Below the pieces are notes generated by a model. It had not been told where the DNA came from. It did no database searches and saw only the letters and a list, made by a program, of their open reading frames with translations. The position numbers and the translations under genes are program-made. Positions 44,984 to 56,421 of a stretch of DNA of 64,000 bases are shown here, one piece after another. The stretch covers positions 128,001-192,000 of the forward strand of contig CAWGKG010000010.1 in assembly GCA_963823035.1 (NCBI GenBank), in the 5' to 3' direction. How positions within the stretch are numbered: position 1 is the stretch's first letter; every line of letters starts with the position of its first letter. Source of the DNA: an uncultured Gemmatimonadales bacterium. GTDB taxonomy: Bacteria > Gemmatimonadota > Gemmatimonadetes > Longimicrobiales > Gaopeijiaceae.

Positions 44984-47900
44984 ATGAATTTCCAACGTTG
45001 GAAGGGCTTCTTGCCCGCTCTGGCGCTGGGCCTCGCCTTGGCGACGGCCCCGCTTGCCGCGCAGACGGGCACCATCACGGGGACCGTCATGGACGCCGCG
45101 ACCGGCCAGCCGCTGATCGGTGCGCAGATGGTCATCCCCGGCACGAACATCGGCGCGCTGACGAACCAGGCGGGGAGGTACCTCATCCTCGCGGCGCCCA
45201 CGGGAGAGGTTCAGATCCGCGCCGTCATCATCGGCTACAGCCAGGAGACGCGGACGGTCACGGTTACCGCCGGCCAGTCCGCCGTGGCGAATTTCGAGCT
45301 CTCGGCCTCGGCGATCCAGCTCGAGGGCGTGGTGGTCAACGCCGTCACGGGGCGTGACCAGCGCGTTCGCGAGATCGGCACGAACACGTCGACCATCGAC
45401 GTGAACCAGATCAAGCCCGCAACCGTGACGAGCATCTCGGACCTCCTGTCCGGGCGCTCGGAAGGCGTGATCCTGCAGGACGTGAACGGCACGACGGGCA
45501 CGGCGCAGCGCATCCGCATTCGCGGCGCGAACAGCCTGTCGCTGTCCAACGAGCCGCTGGTCTACGTCGACGGCGTGCAGTACAGCAACGCCAACACGCT
45601 GTCGATCGGCGTCGGCGGCCAGGAGGCCGGGCGCCTGAACGACCTCAACCCCGCGGACATCGCGAACATCGAGATCGTGAAGGGGCCGGCCGCCGCCGCG
45701 CTCTACGGGACGGCCGCGGCCAACGGCGTGCTGCTGATCACGACCAAGCGCGGGCGAGCCGGCGACGCGGAGTGGAACTTCTACGCAGAGACCGGCCAGC
45801 TATCGGACCGGACCGACTACCCGGCGAACTACATGGCGTACTCGGTGATCGGCAACGCGAGCGCGTCGCTGTCCAATCCGGACGGGACGTTCAACTCGAC
45901 GGACTTCGCGCGCTGCCCCAACCGCTCGGCGGCGGCGGGCGACTGCGCCCAGGACGGCGTGGCCGTCTTCAACACGTTGACGGATCCGCGCACGACCCCG
46001 TTCTCGACGGGAAGCCGTAACCGCTACGGCGCCAGCGTGCGTGGCGGCAACGAGCGGGTGACGTACTACCTCTCCGGCGAGTACCAGGACGAGACGGGCG
46101 TCATCCAGTACAACACGCTCGACAAGATCACGATGCGCGCGAACCTCAACGCCGCCATCCGTGAGGACGTCGACGTGTCCGTGACCACGGGCTACACCCA
46201 GTCGGGCACGGGCTTCAACAGCAACGACAACAGCGTCTTCAGCCCGATCCTCAACGGCCTGCTGGGCGAGGGCTACTTCATTCCCGAGGCACCCGGCGAC
46301 CGCCCCGGCGTGAACCGCCGCAACTACGGTTTCTCGTGGAATCAGTACGACAACTCGAAGTACATCATCCACGACGACGTGGACCGCTTCACGATCGGGT
46401 CCAACGTGCAGTACCGCCCCGCCGACTGGCTGAGCCTCAACGCCAACGGCGGCATGGATCTGATCGACGGGCACACGTACCGCACGCTCCAGCCCCGTCT
46501 GCTCAACCTCGCGGAGTCGTGGTACAACGGCTTCCGGCAGTCGGATCGCCAGAACCGCTACACGTACACCTTCAATTCGTCGGCGGTTGCGCGGTACAAC
46601 CCGGCGCAGGACCTGCTGTCGACGACGACGGTGGGCGTGAGCTACAACCGCGCCTTGCGCGAGCTCACGAGCTGCTACGGGTCGAGCCTGGTGCAGGGCA
46701 CCGCGTCGTGCGGAACCACGGCGGCGCTCTTCAGCATCGATGAGGAGTTCTCGGAGGTCATCCAGGTGGGTGGCTACGTGTCCACGGAGCTGGCCTGGCG
46801 CGACCGCCTCTTCCTGGCCGGGGCCCTGCGCGGCGACGACAACAGCGCGTTCGGTGCGGACTTCGGCTTCATCCTCTATCCCTCGGCGAACCTGTCGTGG
46901 GTGATCGGTGAGGAGGATTGGTTCCCCGAGCTCAGCTTCCTTTCGTCGCTCCGCGTGCGGACCGCGTGGGGCCAGTCCGGCCTGCGTCCGGACTTCCGCG
47001 ATGCCGTGACGCTCTACAACCCGACCACCGTCGCCAGCGACGCGGGAGACGTACCCGGCATCACGGTGAGCAGCACCGGCAACCTGGAGCTCAAGCCCGA
47101 GCGCTCGAGCGAGATCGAGATGGGCTTCGACGCCGCGCTGTTCGACAACCGCCTGGGCGTGGACTTCACCTACTTCAGAAAGACGTCCAAGGACGCGCTG
47201 ATCTCGCGGCGGCTCCCGCCTTCGTACGGAGTGGCGGCTTCCCGCTTCGAGAACCTCGGACGCATCCGGAACGCCGGCACGGAGTTGGGACTCAACTTCG
47301 ACGCGCTCCGGAGGGACGACCTGGGCCTCACGCTTCGCGCTTCGGTGACCACGCTCAGCAACGAGGTGCTGGACATCGGCGGCGTCGAGGACATCGTGCA
47401 GAACCGTGGCCTGCAGCGGCACAAGGAGGGCTATCCGGCCGGCGCGTTCTTCCAGGTGCCCTACACGATCAACGACGCGGACGGGAACGGCCTCCTGACG
47501 AACGACGAGGTCATCCTGGGGGACACGGCGGTGTACATCGGCCCCCCGCTGCCCACGTACCAGGTGTCCTTCGGCGGAGAAGTGCGGCTGTTCGACTGGA
47601 TCCGCGTTTCCACGCTCTTCGAGGCGCGCGGGGGCAACTACCAGGGCAACGACTCGGAGTCGTTCCGCTGCGGTTTCCGCAGCAACCGGGGGTGCGAGGC
47701 GGTCGGAAACCCGAACGCCTCCCTCGAGGAGCAGGCCCGCTACATCTCGGACCGCTACCTCGGTAGCGCCTACGGGTACGTCGAATCGGCGGACTTCGTG
47801 AAGTGGCGGGAGCTGTCGGTCACGTTGGACATGCCGCAGTCGGTCGTCAACACGGCGCCCCGGCTCAACGGCCTGAGCGTCACGCTCTCCGGCCGCAACC

Positions 47901-48037
47901 TCGCGACATGGACGGACTACACCGGTCTCGATCCGGAGACGGTGGAGGGCGGCGGCAGCGCGAACTTCAGCCAGAGCGAGTTCAACACGCAGCCGCCCGT
48001 CCGCTTCTTCATGGTCCGTCTGACCTACTCCTTCTGA
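44984..48037 (+). CDS. SusC/RagA-family TonB-dependent receptor
   Basis: Signal peptide, CarboxypepD-like N domain, IRIRGANS, EPLVYVDG, KGPAAAALYG, LKPERS, terminal F. Confidence 0.95.
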   Translation: MNFQRWKGFLPALALGLALATAPLAAQTGTITGTVMDAATGQPLIGAQMVIPGTNIGALTNQAGRYLILAAPTGEVQIRAVIIGYSQETRTVTVTAGQSAVANFELSASAIQLEGVVVNAVTGRDQRVREIGTNTSTIDVNQIKPATVTSISDLLSGRSEGVILQDVNGTTGTAQRIRIRGANSLSLSNEPLVYVDGVQYSNANTLSIGVGGQEAGRLNDLNPADIANIEIVKGPAAAALYGTAAANGVLLITTKRGRAGDAEWNFYAETGQLSDRTDYPANYMAYSVIGNASASLSNPDGTFNSTDFARCPNRSAAAGDCAQDGVAVFNTLTDPRTTPFSTGSRNRYGASVRGGNERVTYYLSGEYQDETGVIQYNTLDKITMRANLNAAIREDVDVSVTTGYTQSGTGFNSNDNSVFSPILNGLLGEGYFIPEAPGDRPGVNRRNYGFSWNQYDNSKYIIHDDVDRFTIGSNVQYRPADWLSLNANGGMDLIDGHTYRTLQPRLLNLAESWYNGFRQSDRQNRYTYTFNSSAVARYNPAQDLLSTTTVGVSYNRALRELTSCYGSSLVQGTASCGTTAALFSIDEEFSEVIQVGGYVSTELAWRDRLFLAGALRGDDNSAFGADFGFILYPSANLSWVIGEEDWFPELSFLSSLRVRTAWGQSGLRPDFRDAVTLYNPTTVASDAGDVPGITVSSTGNLELKPERSSEIEMGFDAALFDNRLGVDFTYFRKTSKDALISRRLPPSYGVAASRFENLGRIRNAGTELGLNFDALRRDDLGLTLRASVTTLSNEVLDIGGVEDIVQNRGLQRHKEGYPAGAFFQVPYTINDADGNGLLTNDEVILGDTAVYIGPPLPTYQVSFGGEVRLFDWIRVSTLFEARGGNYQGNDSESFRCGFRSNRGCEAVGNPNASLEEQARYISDRYLGSAYGYVESADFVKWRELSVTLDMPQSVVNTAPRLNGLSVTLSGRNLATWTDYTGLDPETVEGGGSANFSQSEFNTQPPVRFFMVRLTYSF

Positions 48038-48058
48038 CGCGCGCCGAGGACTGACACA

Positions 48059-49441
48059 ATGAATGACCTACGCAAGAAGTCCAGGTACGCTTGGGCGGCG
48101 TTGGTGGCATTTACGGTGCCGCTGGCCGCGTGCAGCGTGGACAAGCTTCTCGAGGTTACGGACCCGGACCGGGTGAGCGCGGGGACGTTGGACGATCCCG
48201 ACTTCATCGACGTGCTGGTCGCCGGCGCGCTCGGTGACTTCACGACGGCGTACAGCGGCAGCGGTGGCGATGCGCTTCTCTCCACCACCGCGCTGCTCAC
48301 CGACGAGTTCTTCTCGACCGGTACCTTCGATACCAGGACGGCTACAGACCGCCGTCTCCAGAATACGCCCGCCAACGGCAACACGTCCGACGGGGCGTAC
48401 ACGAACCTGCAGCAGGCGCGCAGGTCGCTGATGATCGCCTCCGAGAAGGTGGCCGATCACCCGGACAAGGGAACCGGGGACCCCGACTACGCGGTGCTCC
48501 GGGCGCTGTACGGGTATACGTACGTGGCGCTCGGCGAGGCGTTCTGCAGCTACGTGCCGATCGCCAACGACGAGAACCCCGACCCGGCGGACGGTCCGCC
48601 GCGCACGTCGGCGGAGCTCTTCGAGGAGGCCCTGCCGGCGTTCGACAGCCCCGGCGGCACTTTGGCGGCGGTGGGGAAGGGACGGGCGCTGCTGAACCTG
48701 GGCCGGTTCGCGGATGCCGCGGCGGCGGTGGCCAGCGTGCCGACCGCGTTCAACTGGTTCATCCAGCACTCGGAGAACGGCGCCAACAACCCGTTCTTCG
48801 CCCTCCAGTCGAACGGCCGCTACTCCATCTCGCAGCACGAAGGGGGGAACGGGACGGGCATGCCCTTCCGCGGCACGGGCGACGGTTTCGACAACGCGAA
48901 TCAGGATCCGCGGCTGCCGTGGTTCGAGGACCCCGCCGGGGGCTTCGATCCGCAGTTCCGCCTGTTCGTGACCCGGAAGTATCCCTATCGGACCTCCAAC
49001 GTGCCGTTGGCCAGCGGGATCGAGGCGCGTCTGATCGAGGCCGAGGCGGCGCTGCAGACGGGCGGGGACTGGCTCGGGATCCTGAACGAGCTACGGGCGA
49101 ACGTGGGCACGTTGATGGCGGCCCAGATCGACGACTATGACAAGTGGGTCGACAGCCCCTCGCTGGCGCCGCTCACCGATCCTGGGTCGGCCGACGCCCG
49201 GATCGACATGGTGATGTCGGAGCGGGCGATGTGGCTGTGGGGAACCGCTCACCGGATCGGTGACCTGCGCCGGATGATCAACTACTACGGACGGACCGAG
49301 AGCCAGGTCTATCCGTCCGGCGCGTACCACAAGGGCGGGGATCACGGCCCCGACGTGGTGTTCCCCGTCGACTTCGACGAGGGCAACAACACGCTGTTCG
49401 ACCCGTCGCAGTGCGTGGTGACGTCGGCGACCTTCAACTAG
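48059..49441 (+). CDS. SusD/RagB-family lipoprotein
   Basis: Lipobox LAAC; EARLIEAEA, ERAMWLWG..HRIGDLRR; follows SusC. Confidence 0.9.
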   Translation: MNDLRKKSRYAWAALVAFTVPLAACSVDKLLEVTDPDRVSAGTLDDPDFIDVLVAGALGDFTTAYSGSGGDALLSTTALLTDEFFSTGTFDTRTATDRRLQNTPANGNTSDGAYTNLQQARRSLMIASEKVADHPDKGTGDPDYAVLRALYGYTYVALGEAFCSYVPIANDENPDPADGPPRTSAELFEEALPAFDSPGGTLAAVGKGRALLNLGRFADAAAAVASVPTAFNWFIQHSENGANNPFFALQSNGRYSISQHEGGNGTGMPFRGTGDGFDNANQDPRLPWFEDPAGGFDPQFRLFVTRKYPYRTSNVPLASGIEARLIEAEAALQTGGDWLGILNELRANVGTLMAAQIDDYDKWVDSPSLAPLTDPGSADARIDMVMSERAMWLWGTAHRIGDLRRMINYYGRTESQVYPSGAYHKGGDHGPDVVFPVDFDEGNNTLFDPSQCVVTSATFN

Positions 49442-49465
49442 GCGGCGTCACGCGTGACGATGGAA

Positions 49466-49498
49466 GAGGGGGCGCCGGCTCGAAGCCGGCGCCCCCTC
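49466..49498. terminator. 15-bp hairpin between convergent genes
   Basis: GAGGGGGCGCCGGCT-CGA-AGCCGGCGCCCCCTC. Confidence 0.7.
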
Positions 49499-49523
49499 GC
49501 TCGATGCGCGAGCGGAGTGTCGT

Positions 49524-50006
49524 TCAGCCCGCAGGCACCGTGTCCCTATGCGAAGGTGGGACCCCCGTTCGCACCACGATGACCCCGTTTCCGCCGGCCG
49601 TGCCGTACCGAACGACGGCTGTACGGGCGGGGAGGATCTGGATGTAGTCGATGTTGGAGGCGCGGATGTCCTGCAAGGTGCCCAGGCCGCTCATGTGCGT
49701 GCCGTCCACCACGAGGAGGACCTCGGGGCTGAGGACGAAGCTCGAGACGCCGCGCATGGTGACGCGGGCGTTGCTGCCTTCACGCGGGAACTGGATGTTG
49801 AGATTGGTGCTGCCGAAGCGCAGCGCCTCCCACGCGTCGCGCGCACCGGTGCGCGCGATGTCTTCCCGGGTGAGGATCATCCCGTCGCGCTCGTTCGGCT
49901 CCGTGGGGTCGGCCACGGGGACGGTCTTGCACGCGGCGGCGAGCGTGAGGGCGAATAGGACGGTCGTCACACCGCCGGGGGAGCCGTGTCGCGAGTTCTT
50001 GAACAT
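49524..50006 (-). CDS. lipoprotein, stand-alone TonB plug-like domain
   Basis: LAAAC lipobox; ILTREDI, MRGVSS, LLVVDG, IDYIQIL, RYGTAGGNGVIVVRT. Confidence 0.82.
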   Translation of the reverse strand: MFKNSRHGSPGGVTTVLFALTLAAACKTVPVADPTEPNERDGMILTREDIARTGARDAWEALRFGSTNLNIQFPREGSNARVTMRGVSSFVLSPEVLLVVDGTHMSGLGTLQDIRASNIDYIQILPARTAVVRYGTAGGNGVIVVRTGVPPSHRDTVPAG

Positions 50007-50117
50007 GATGGCCGGGGCTCCCTTGGGTAGGCGCGGGTGTACCACTACGATACTATACCGCCCAGGGCCCCGCGGATTTCCGCACAACCTGGCGGACCGA
50101 CCAGGCCCTCCCCTGAG

Positions 50118-50624
50118 ATGACGCTCCTGAAGCCCCTCGGTCGATCGTTCCTGACCCTCTTCGCGGCGATGTTCCTCCTGGGGACTCCGACGCGCGCGCT
50201 CGCCCAGATTCGACCCGGCATCGAGCGGGGTGACTACTGGGGCGACGTGCGAGCGAAGTACCGTGGTGAGGTGCTCGAAGGCGTCGGGAAGCTCATGGAC
50301 GCCTGGGTGGCGGCATGGAACAGGTGGGACGTCGACGCGATGGTCGGCCCGTTCACGGAAGACGGTGTGCTGATCCTCTCTGGCGTCTCGCTGCGGGGAG
50401 CGGAGTCCATGCGCGCGATGCTCGCGGAGCGGACCGGGCCCGAGATCGTCCAGAGCCTGAGCGACTTCGACGTCCGGGGCGACATGGCGTTCGCCACCGC
50501 GCGGTTGCGCGTCGCGAGCGACGCGGACGGCGGGAGCCCGGCGGCCGGGTTCGCGGTCTGGACGTTCTTGAAGGAAGGGGGAGGTTGGAGGATCCGGTCG
50601 CTTCTGGTCGACCTCGGCTCCTAG
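50118..50624 (+). CDS. secreted NTF2/SnoaL-like protein
   Basis: Signal peptide ALAQ; WVAAWNRWDVDAMVGPFTEDG, GWRI. Confidence 0.75.
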   Translation: MTLLKPLGRSFLTLFAAMFLLGTPTRALAQIRPGIERGDYWGDVRAKYRGEVLEGVGKLMDAWVAAWNRWDVDAMVGPFTEDGVLILSGVSLRGAESMRAMLAERTGPEIVQSLSDFDVRGDMAFATARLRVASDADGGSPAAGFAVWTFLKEGGGWRIRSLLVDLGS

Positions 50625-50649
50625 GCACGCGTACACCGGAGGTGGTGGC

Positions 50650-51036
50650 ATGCATCCCAACCGATGGACGAAGGCGACGATGGCGCTCCTGATGGCCGTG
50701 GGGCTCGCGTCCTGCGCGACTGCGGGGGCGGGCTCCGCGACGGCGAACCCGTCCGTCATCACCGCGGAGGAGCTGGCGGGGGTCCCGGAGCTGAATGCAC
50801 TGGAAGCCGTCCAACGCCTGCGACCCCGGTGGCTGAGAGGCCGTGGCCAGGCGTCCTTCACCGCGCAGCAGGGCGTGCGCGTATATGTCAGTGGCGTGCT
50901 CCGGGGCTACGCTGGCGAGCTGGCCTCCATCCGGGCTCAGGCGATCGAGAGCATGCGCTTCCTGGACGGCCGTGAGGCGACCGCCCGCTACGGCACCGAC
51001 CACGGCGACGGAGCGATCCTGGTCGAGCTGAAGTAG
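50650..51036 (+). CDS. lipoprotein, stand-alone TonB plug-like domain
   Basis: LASC lipobox; VITAEEL, QRLRPRWL, ATARYGTDHGDGAILV; paralog of the 5309 ORF. Confidence 0.82.
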   Translation: MHPNRWTKATMALLMAVGLASCATAGAGSATANPSVITAEELAGVPELNALEAVQRLRPRWLRGRGQASFTAQQGVRVYVSGVLRGYAGELASIRAQAIESMRFLDGREATARYGTDHGDGAILVELK

Positions 51037-51085
51037 GGCGGCCGGGCAGGCGTCACACGTCCAGGACCGCGGCCCCCCTTCCCGA

Positions 51086-53819
51086 CTACGATCCGTCGGA
51101 GATCGCCTTCTTCCCCTTCGGCCCCTCCTTCCCCTTGTCGAGGAAGGGCACGCCGTCGGCCATCCACGCCGGCGCTGGCGCCTCCATGAGCCAGTGGTCG
51201 AAGAACTGCTTCATGCGGACCTGGAAGTCCTTCTGGTTCGCTTCCTTGGCCAGGTGGTGCGGCTCGTCGGGATAGGACAGGAGGATCACGTCCTTCCCCA
51301 GTCGCCGCGCGGCGGTGTACAGCTCGAGGCCCTGGTTCCAGTCCACCGCGCCGTCGGCCGTCCCCTGCAGGATCAGGAAGGGCGTCGAGATGTCGGGTAC
51401 GTGCTCGATGGGCGACTGGCTCCGCCACCGCTCCGGGTCGTCCCACGGCTGGTCGCCCATGCGCCCCTGGCTCCACTGCAGGATGGCGCCGTTCCCGTTG
51501 CCGGAGGCCTTGTAGAGGATGTTGTTCATGCTCATGAGGTCGGTGAGCGGCGCGCCGGTCACGATGCACGCGAACATGTCCGTCTGCGTCAGGATGAACG
51601 ACGTCTCGTAGCCGCCCCACGAGTGGCCCTGCAGCCCGATGCGCGCGGGATCCGCGTAGCCGAGCTCCACGACCTTCTTCGCCGCGGCCGTCACGTCGTC
51701 CAGCGCCGAGCTGCCCGGATAGCCCATGTCGTAGACGATGTCGGGCATGAGCACCAGGTACCCGTTCGACGCATACGTGGACATGTGGGGCCGATCGTCG
51801 TACACGGGACGGCTGAACTCGTGGTGTCGCTGGCTCATCTTCTCGTAGAAGTAGACGATCATGGGGTACTGCTTCCCCGGCTCGTAGCCCGCGGGGAGCG
51901 TGAGCGTCGCCTGTAGCTTGTTGCCACGCTCGTCCACGTAGTCGACGAGCACGCGGCTTCCCCACGCGAACTCGGAGATCTGCGGGTTCGCGTCCGTGAC
52001 CCTGCGCGGGCTCTTCAGCGCGGCGCCGCTCACCCAGTAGTCCGGGAACTCCTCGAAGGTCTGGCGCGTGAAGGCGAAGCGGTCGGCGTCCTTCGCCTTC
52101 GTGAGGTCGTCGATCATCTCGTCGCCGAAGAGGAGCGGCTCGGGGTCGCTCCCGGGGCGGGCGCGGAAGTAGCCGGACTTCTTCGTCCACTCCCCGTACG
52201 CGGACAGGATCGCGCCGTTCGGGTCGGTCCAGTCGGCCTCGCGGTCCAGCCGCACGACGCGGAACCGGATCTGGTCGCGCGCGCCGCGGCCCCCGGTCAC
52301 GGCCGTGGCCTTCCCGCCGGCGAGCGGCACCGCGTACACGTCGAAGCGGGTGTCGAGGAGGACCTTCCCGTCCTTCGTCCACCCGTCCACGCCCCACGCC
52401 GGGCGCTCCGCGACCTGGTCGAACTCCCGGCTCATGAAGTCGATGCCGGTGCTCGCGGACAGGTTCACGCGCGCGAGCGTCTCCAGCTCGACGGCGTAGA
52501 CCGAGTCCCCCTGCGCGTAGACGAAGTACTTCCCGTCGGGCGAGCTGCCCATGGGGCGGCGCACGGCCTGGGCGATCACGCCCTCGGCGCCGCTCGCCGG
52601 ATCGAGCCGTACGTAGTCGGCGCGCCCGCCCTCCACGTCGAGGTCGTCGCGGTAGGCGGCGTCACGCCGTCCGACGGCCCACCGACCCTTCCCCGCCACG
52701 TCCACACGGAGCATGTCCTCGGTGGCGAGGCGCACGAAGTGGCGCGCCTGCGGGTCGTACGCGGAGGTGTACGTGAAGCGGCGGTCCGCCTGCGCCTGCC
52801 TCATCTGCACGGACTGGAGGCGGTCGTCGCGCCCAGTGCCAGACGTCGACATTGGCCTTCTCCTCCTCGTCTTCCTCGTCCTTCAGGGAGTCCTCCTGCT
52901 CCTTGATGCCGACCACCAGGCGCGACCCGTCCTCCGTCCAGTGCGTGCTCGCCAGCTCGGAGAGCACGAAGCCCTCCGGGAAGGCGGCGTCCGTGGCGGG
53001 GTCGTACGTGTCGACGCGGGGCGACGTGCCGATGCCTCGCGCCACCACGAGCGCGTTCGCCCGCAGCGTCTTCCCCTCGGGCTTCTCACCGCGCAGCACG
53101 GCCACGTCGCTCGCGGCCTCGCTCCAGGTGAGGTCCTCGAAGCGGGCGGCGCCCGTGCTCAGCGGACGGATGCGGCCCTCCGCCGCGTCCACGACGTAGA
53201 GCCCGTTACCCGCTAGTTCGGCCGCGTCGACCACGTACGCCAGGTGCGTGCCGGCTTCGTCGAAGGCGAACTCGGAGACGTTGCCGAACGAGAGGACGGT
53301 CCCGGCCTGGAGGTCGCGCAGGAGGAGGTCCGAGCCGGCGTGCTTGGCGTCCGGGTCGGTCCGATCGCGGTGCACCGCCAGGAATCGCCCGCCCTCCGAG
53401 AAGGCGAAGGCGCGCACGCCGGCCTCGGTCGTCGTGTCCCCGCTTCGCAGGTCGACGAGCTCGAGCGTCCGGGGCACGGGCTTCTTCTGCTTGCGGAGCT
53501 TGTCCGCGTCCTTCTTCGGCGGCTCGGTCAGAAAGGCGACCCAGCGTCCGTCGTCGGAGAACTCCGCGCCGCTTCCGTTCGTCGCCTCGTGCACCGTGGT
53601 GCCGTCGAGCTGCTTCACGAAGAAGGTGGCGTCCCCGTCGTTGGGCTGAAGCGCATAGGCCAGCCACGCTCCATCGGGTGACAGCGCCGCCTGCGTGACG
53701 CGGTTCCACGCGCCGTAGTCCTCGAGCGTGAGAGGACGTTTCTGCTGCGCGGCCGAAGAGGCCGGAAGGGCCAGGGCCAGCAGGAGGAGGAGGGCGGAAG
53801 GGCGGGGGTGTCGTCGCAT
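51086..53819 (-). CDS. S9-family peptidase (frameshift near 52832)
   Basis: Signal peptide; GHSWGG, GTADGAV, EPHHL triad; paralog of the 37942 gene. Confidence 0.88.
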
Positions 53820-53903
53820 GGTCCGGATCCGCGAGGGTGATGGAAACGTCTCCGGATGCTGCGCCGGGAGGCGCCGACGCACAAGGCCGACAGGGGTGCC
53901 GCG

Positions 53904-55420
53904 CTACCCTCCCACCCGCACCTCGAGTGCCGCCTCCGCGGTGCGCCTCGGGGTCCACCCCGGACCGGCGAACCGTGACGATGCGGTCCCCCGCGGGCCA
54001 CAGCACCTCCACGTCCACCGGCTGGCTGTTGGCGAGCCCGAAGTTCACCGGGAGGTCGCTCTGGCTGTCGTAGCCGGAGCCCGAGTCGACCACGGCGGAC
54101 GCCAGCGCCGTCGCCGTTCCGGCCGCGTAGACGCGCACCAGCGCTCCCGGCTCGCGTCGCCCGCCCCTCCCCGTCGAGCACCCGCACGGCCAGGGCGTGC
54201 CGAGCGTACTCGGGGCGGAGCAGGTTCTGGAAGAGGAGGTGCATGCCGGTCTCCTGGGCTCCCGTGAGCGCCAGGTCCAGGTCACCGTCGCGATCGTAGT
54301 CCACGAAGGTGGCGCCGTGGTCGGCCTCCACGTGGAGCTGCGGCGGCGTCGCGTCCACGAAGGCTCCGTCGTCCCGTCGGAAGAGGAGGTCGGGGTAGCT
54401 CGTCCCCCCGGTCACCGTCCCGTTGACGTACAGGTCGGGCCGACCGTCGTGGTCCACGTCGCCCCATACGCAGGTGTCGAAGAAGGAGTCGGTGGCCACC
54501 CCCTCCGCCTCCGCGACGTTCTCCCACGTCCCCGCTCCCCCGGGATTCCGGAAGAGGCCGTTGGTCCCGTAGTTCGCCGTGAAGAGGTCGAGGTCGCCGT
54601 CGCCGTCGAAGTCCACGGCGCAGGGGCGCACGGTGCCCTGGTGCTCGTCGCCGAGCGCACGGCCGCCGTCGGCCAGCCCCCACGCCTGCGCCGCGTCCTC
54701 GTACGTGCCGCCGTTCGCGAGCCAGAGGCCGTTGGCGTCGCCGTCCATGTTGGCCACGTAGACGTCGAGATCGCCGTCCTGGTCGGCGTCGAGCCAGACG
54801 GCGCCGACGGAGCGGCGGGGGTCGCCGATGCCGGTGGCCTCCGTGACGTCGGTGAAGGTGCCGCCGTCGTTGCGCCACAGCCGGTTGGGCGCGTCGCGCA
54901 GCGCGAGGAAGAGGTCGAGGTCGTCGTCACCGTCCACGTCCACCCACGACGCCTGGCGCGTCGCGACGGAATCGACCACGAGCCCGACCTCGGCCGCGAC
55001 CTCGACGAAGCCCGCGACGCCGTCGTTCCTCCACAGCGCGAGGGCGGGCGCGTCCGCCGCGTAGCCCAGAAGGAGGTCGGGGTCGCCGTCGCCGTCGAAG
55101 TCGCCCCACGCGGAGGTACGCACGCGCTTCTCGACGACGAGGTGCAGCGAGCCCGCCACGTCCGTGAACCCCTCGGTGCCGTCGTTGCGGTAGAGTCGGC
55201 TCGGCGCGCCGTTGAAACCGACGAAGCGGTCGGGATCGCCGTCGCCGTCGAAGTCGGCCCACGCGTCGGTGAGCGTTCCGCCGACGTCGAAGGCGAGGAC
55301 GGGCACGGGCACCAGGCGGATCGGCTCGGGCCCCGTCGAGCGCACGTTCCATCCCCGCCAGACCAGGACGGCGCCGACTCCGACCAGGAGGAGGGCGACG
55401 ACCTCCCCGCGGCCCTTCAC
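53904..55420 (-). CDS. CRTAC1/ASPIC-UnbV FG-GAP repeat protein (frameshifts near 54150 and 53930)
   Basis: Repeated WxDxDGDGDxDL; C-terminal GSGYDSQSDLPVNFGL. Confidence 0.85.
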
Positions 55421-56247
55421 CGGCCGCGCACGGTGTTGTGCAGGACGCCCACGCCCTCCACCTCGACCTCCACCACGTCGCCGTTCGCCATCGCCTTCGT
55501 GCTCCCGGGGGTACCCGTGAAGATGAGGTCGCCCGGGCTCAGCGTGACGTAGCGTGAGACGTAGCTGACGATCTCCGAGGTGTTGAAGATCAGGTCCGTG
55601 GTGCGCTGGTGCTGACGGACCTCACCGTTCAGTCGCGTCTCGACCAGCACGTCGTCGGGGTCGAGGCCGACCGCGATGACGGGCCCGACCGGCCCGAAGG
55701 TGTCCGATCCCTTCGCGCGGAACCACTGGAGGTCGGCCGCCTGCCAATCGCGCTCGGAGACGTCGTTGCCGGCCGTGATGCCGAAGATGCACCCGGGGGC
55801 CTCGGCCTCGGAGACGTTCGAGCACGTCTTGCCGATGACGAGGACCATCTCCCCCTCGTAGTGCAGGTTGTTCGCGTCCGGCGGGCGTACGATGTCGTCT
55901 CCCTGGCCGACCAGCGAGGTCGGGTACTTGGCGAAGAGACCGGGGTAGGCCGCCGGGTCGCGCTCGCCCAGGTGGCTCTGGTAGTTGAGCCCGACCGCGA
56001 TGACCTTCTGTGGGTCCGTGGGCGGCAGGAGCTTCACGTCCGAGAGGTCGAGCCATCGGTCCGTGGTGCGGTGCCGACCGAAGAGGTCACCGTCGATCTC
56101 CTGGATGCGCTTCCCCTGGAGCGAGCCCCACGCGGTGCGCCCGTCGACCTGGTAGCGGACGTAGTGGGTCACGCCGGGAGCGCTCTGGGCGGCGAGGGGA
56201 GCGGCGGCGATCAGCGCAACCGCGAGGGCGAGCGTGAGGGGGCGCAT
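55417..56247 (-). CDS. fumarylacetoacetate hydrolase family protein with signal peptide
   Basis: VGLNY, LHYEGE, GNDVSERDWQ, KGSDTFGP, PGDLIFTGTP. Confidence 0.92.
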   Translation of the reverse strand: MRPLTLALAVALIAAAPLAAQSAPGVTHYVRYQVDGRTAWGSLQGKRIQEIDGDLFGRHRTTDRWLDLSDVKLLPPTDPQKVIAVGLNYQSHLGERDPAAYPGLFAKYPTSLVGQGDDIVRPPDANNLHYEGEMVLVIGKTCSNVSEAEAPGCIFGITAGNDVSERDWQAADLQWFRAKGSDTFGPVGPVIAVGLDPDDVLVETRLNGEVRQHQRTTDLIFNTSEIVSYVSRYVTLSPGDLIFTGTPGSTKAMANGDVVEVEVEGVGVLHNTVRGR

Positions 56248-56421
56248 GGGTTTCTCCGGGTCGGGTGGTGTCCGCATGCTGGGGCCGCGGGTGCGGGCGG
56301 GGCAAGCGGCCCGCGCTCGCCGTGCTGGCTTCCGGCCCCCCTCCGGGGATAACGTGGGCCCCGACGACACCCCAGGGGGGGCGTGCGCCACGGCCCCTCG
56401 TCCTGCCCCCGGAGTCCGATC

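Noticed and set aside
54250..55270. Recurring gtcgccgtcgccgtcgaagtc-like DNA repeats
   Set aside because: They encode FG-GAP DxDGDGD repeats; not CRISPR, as there are no identical repeats with regular spacers
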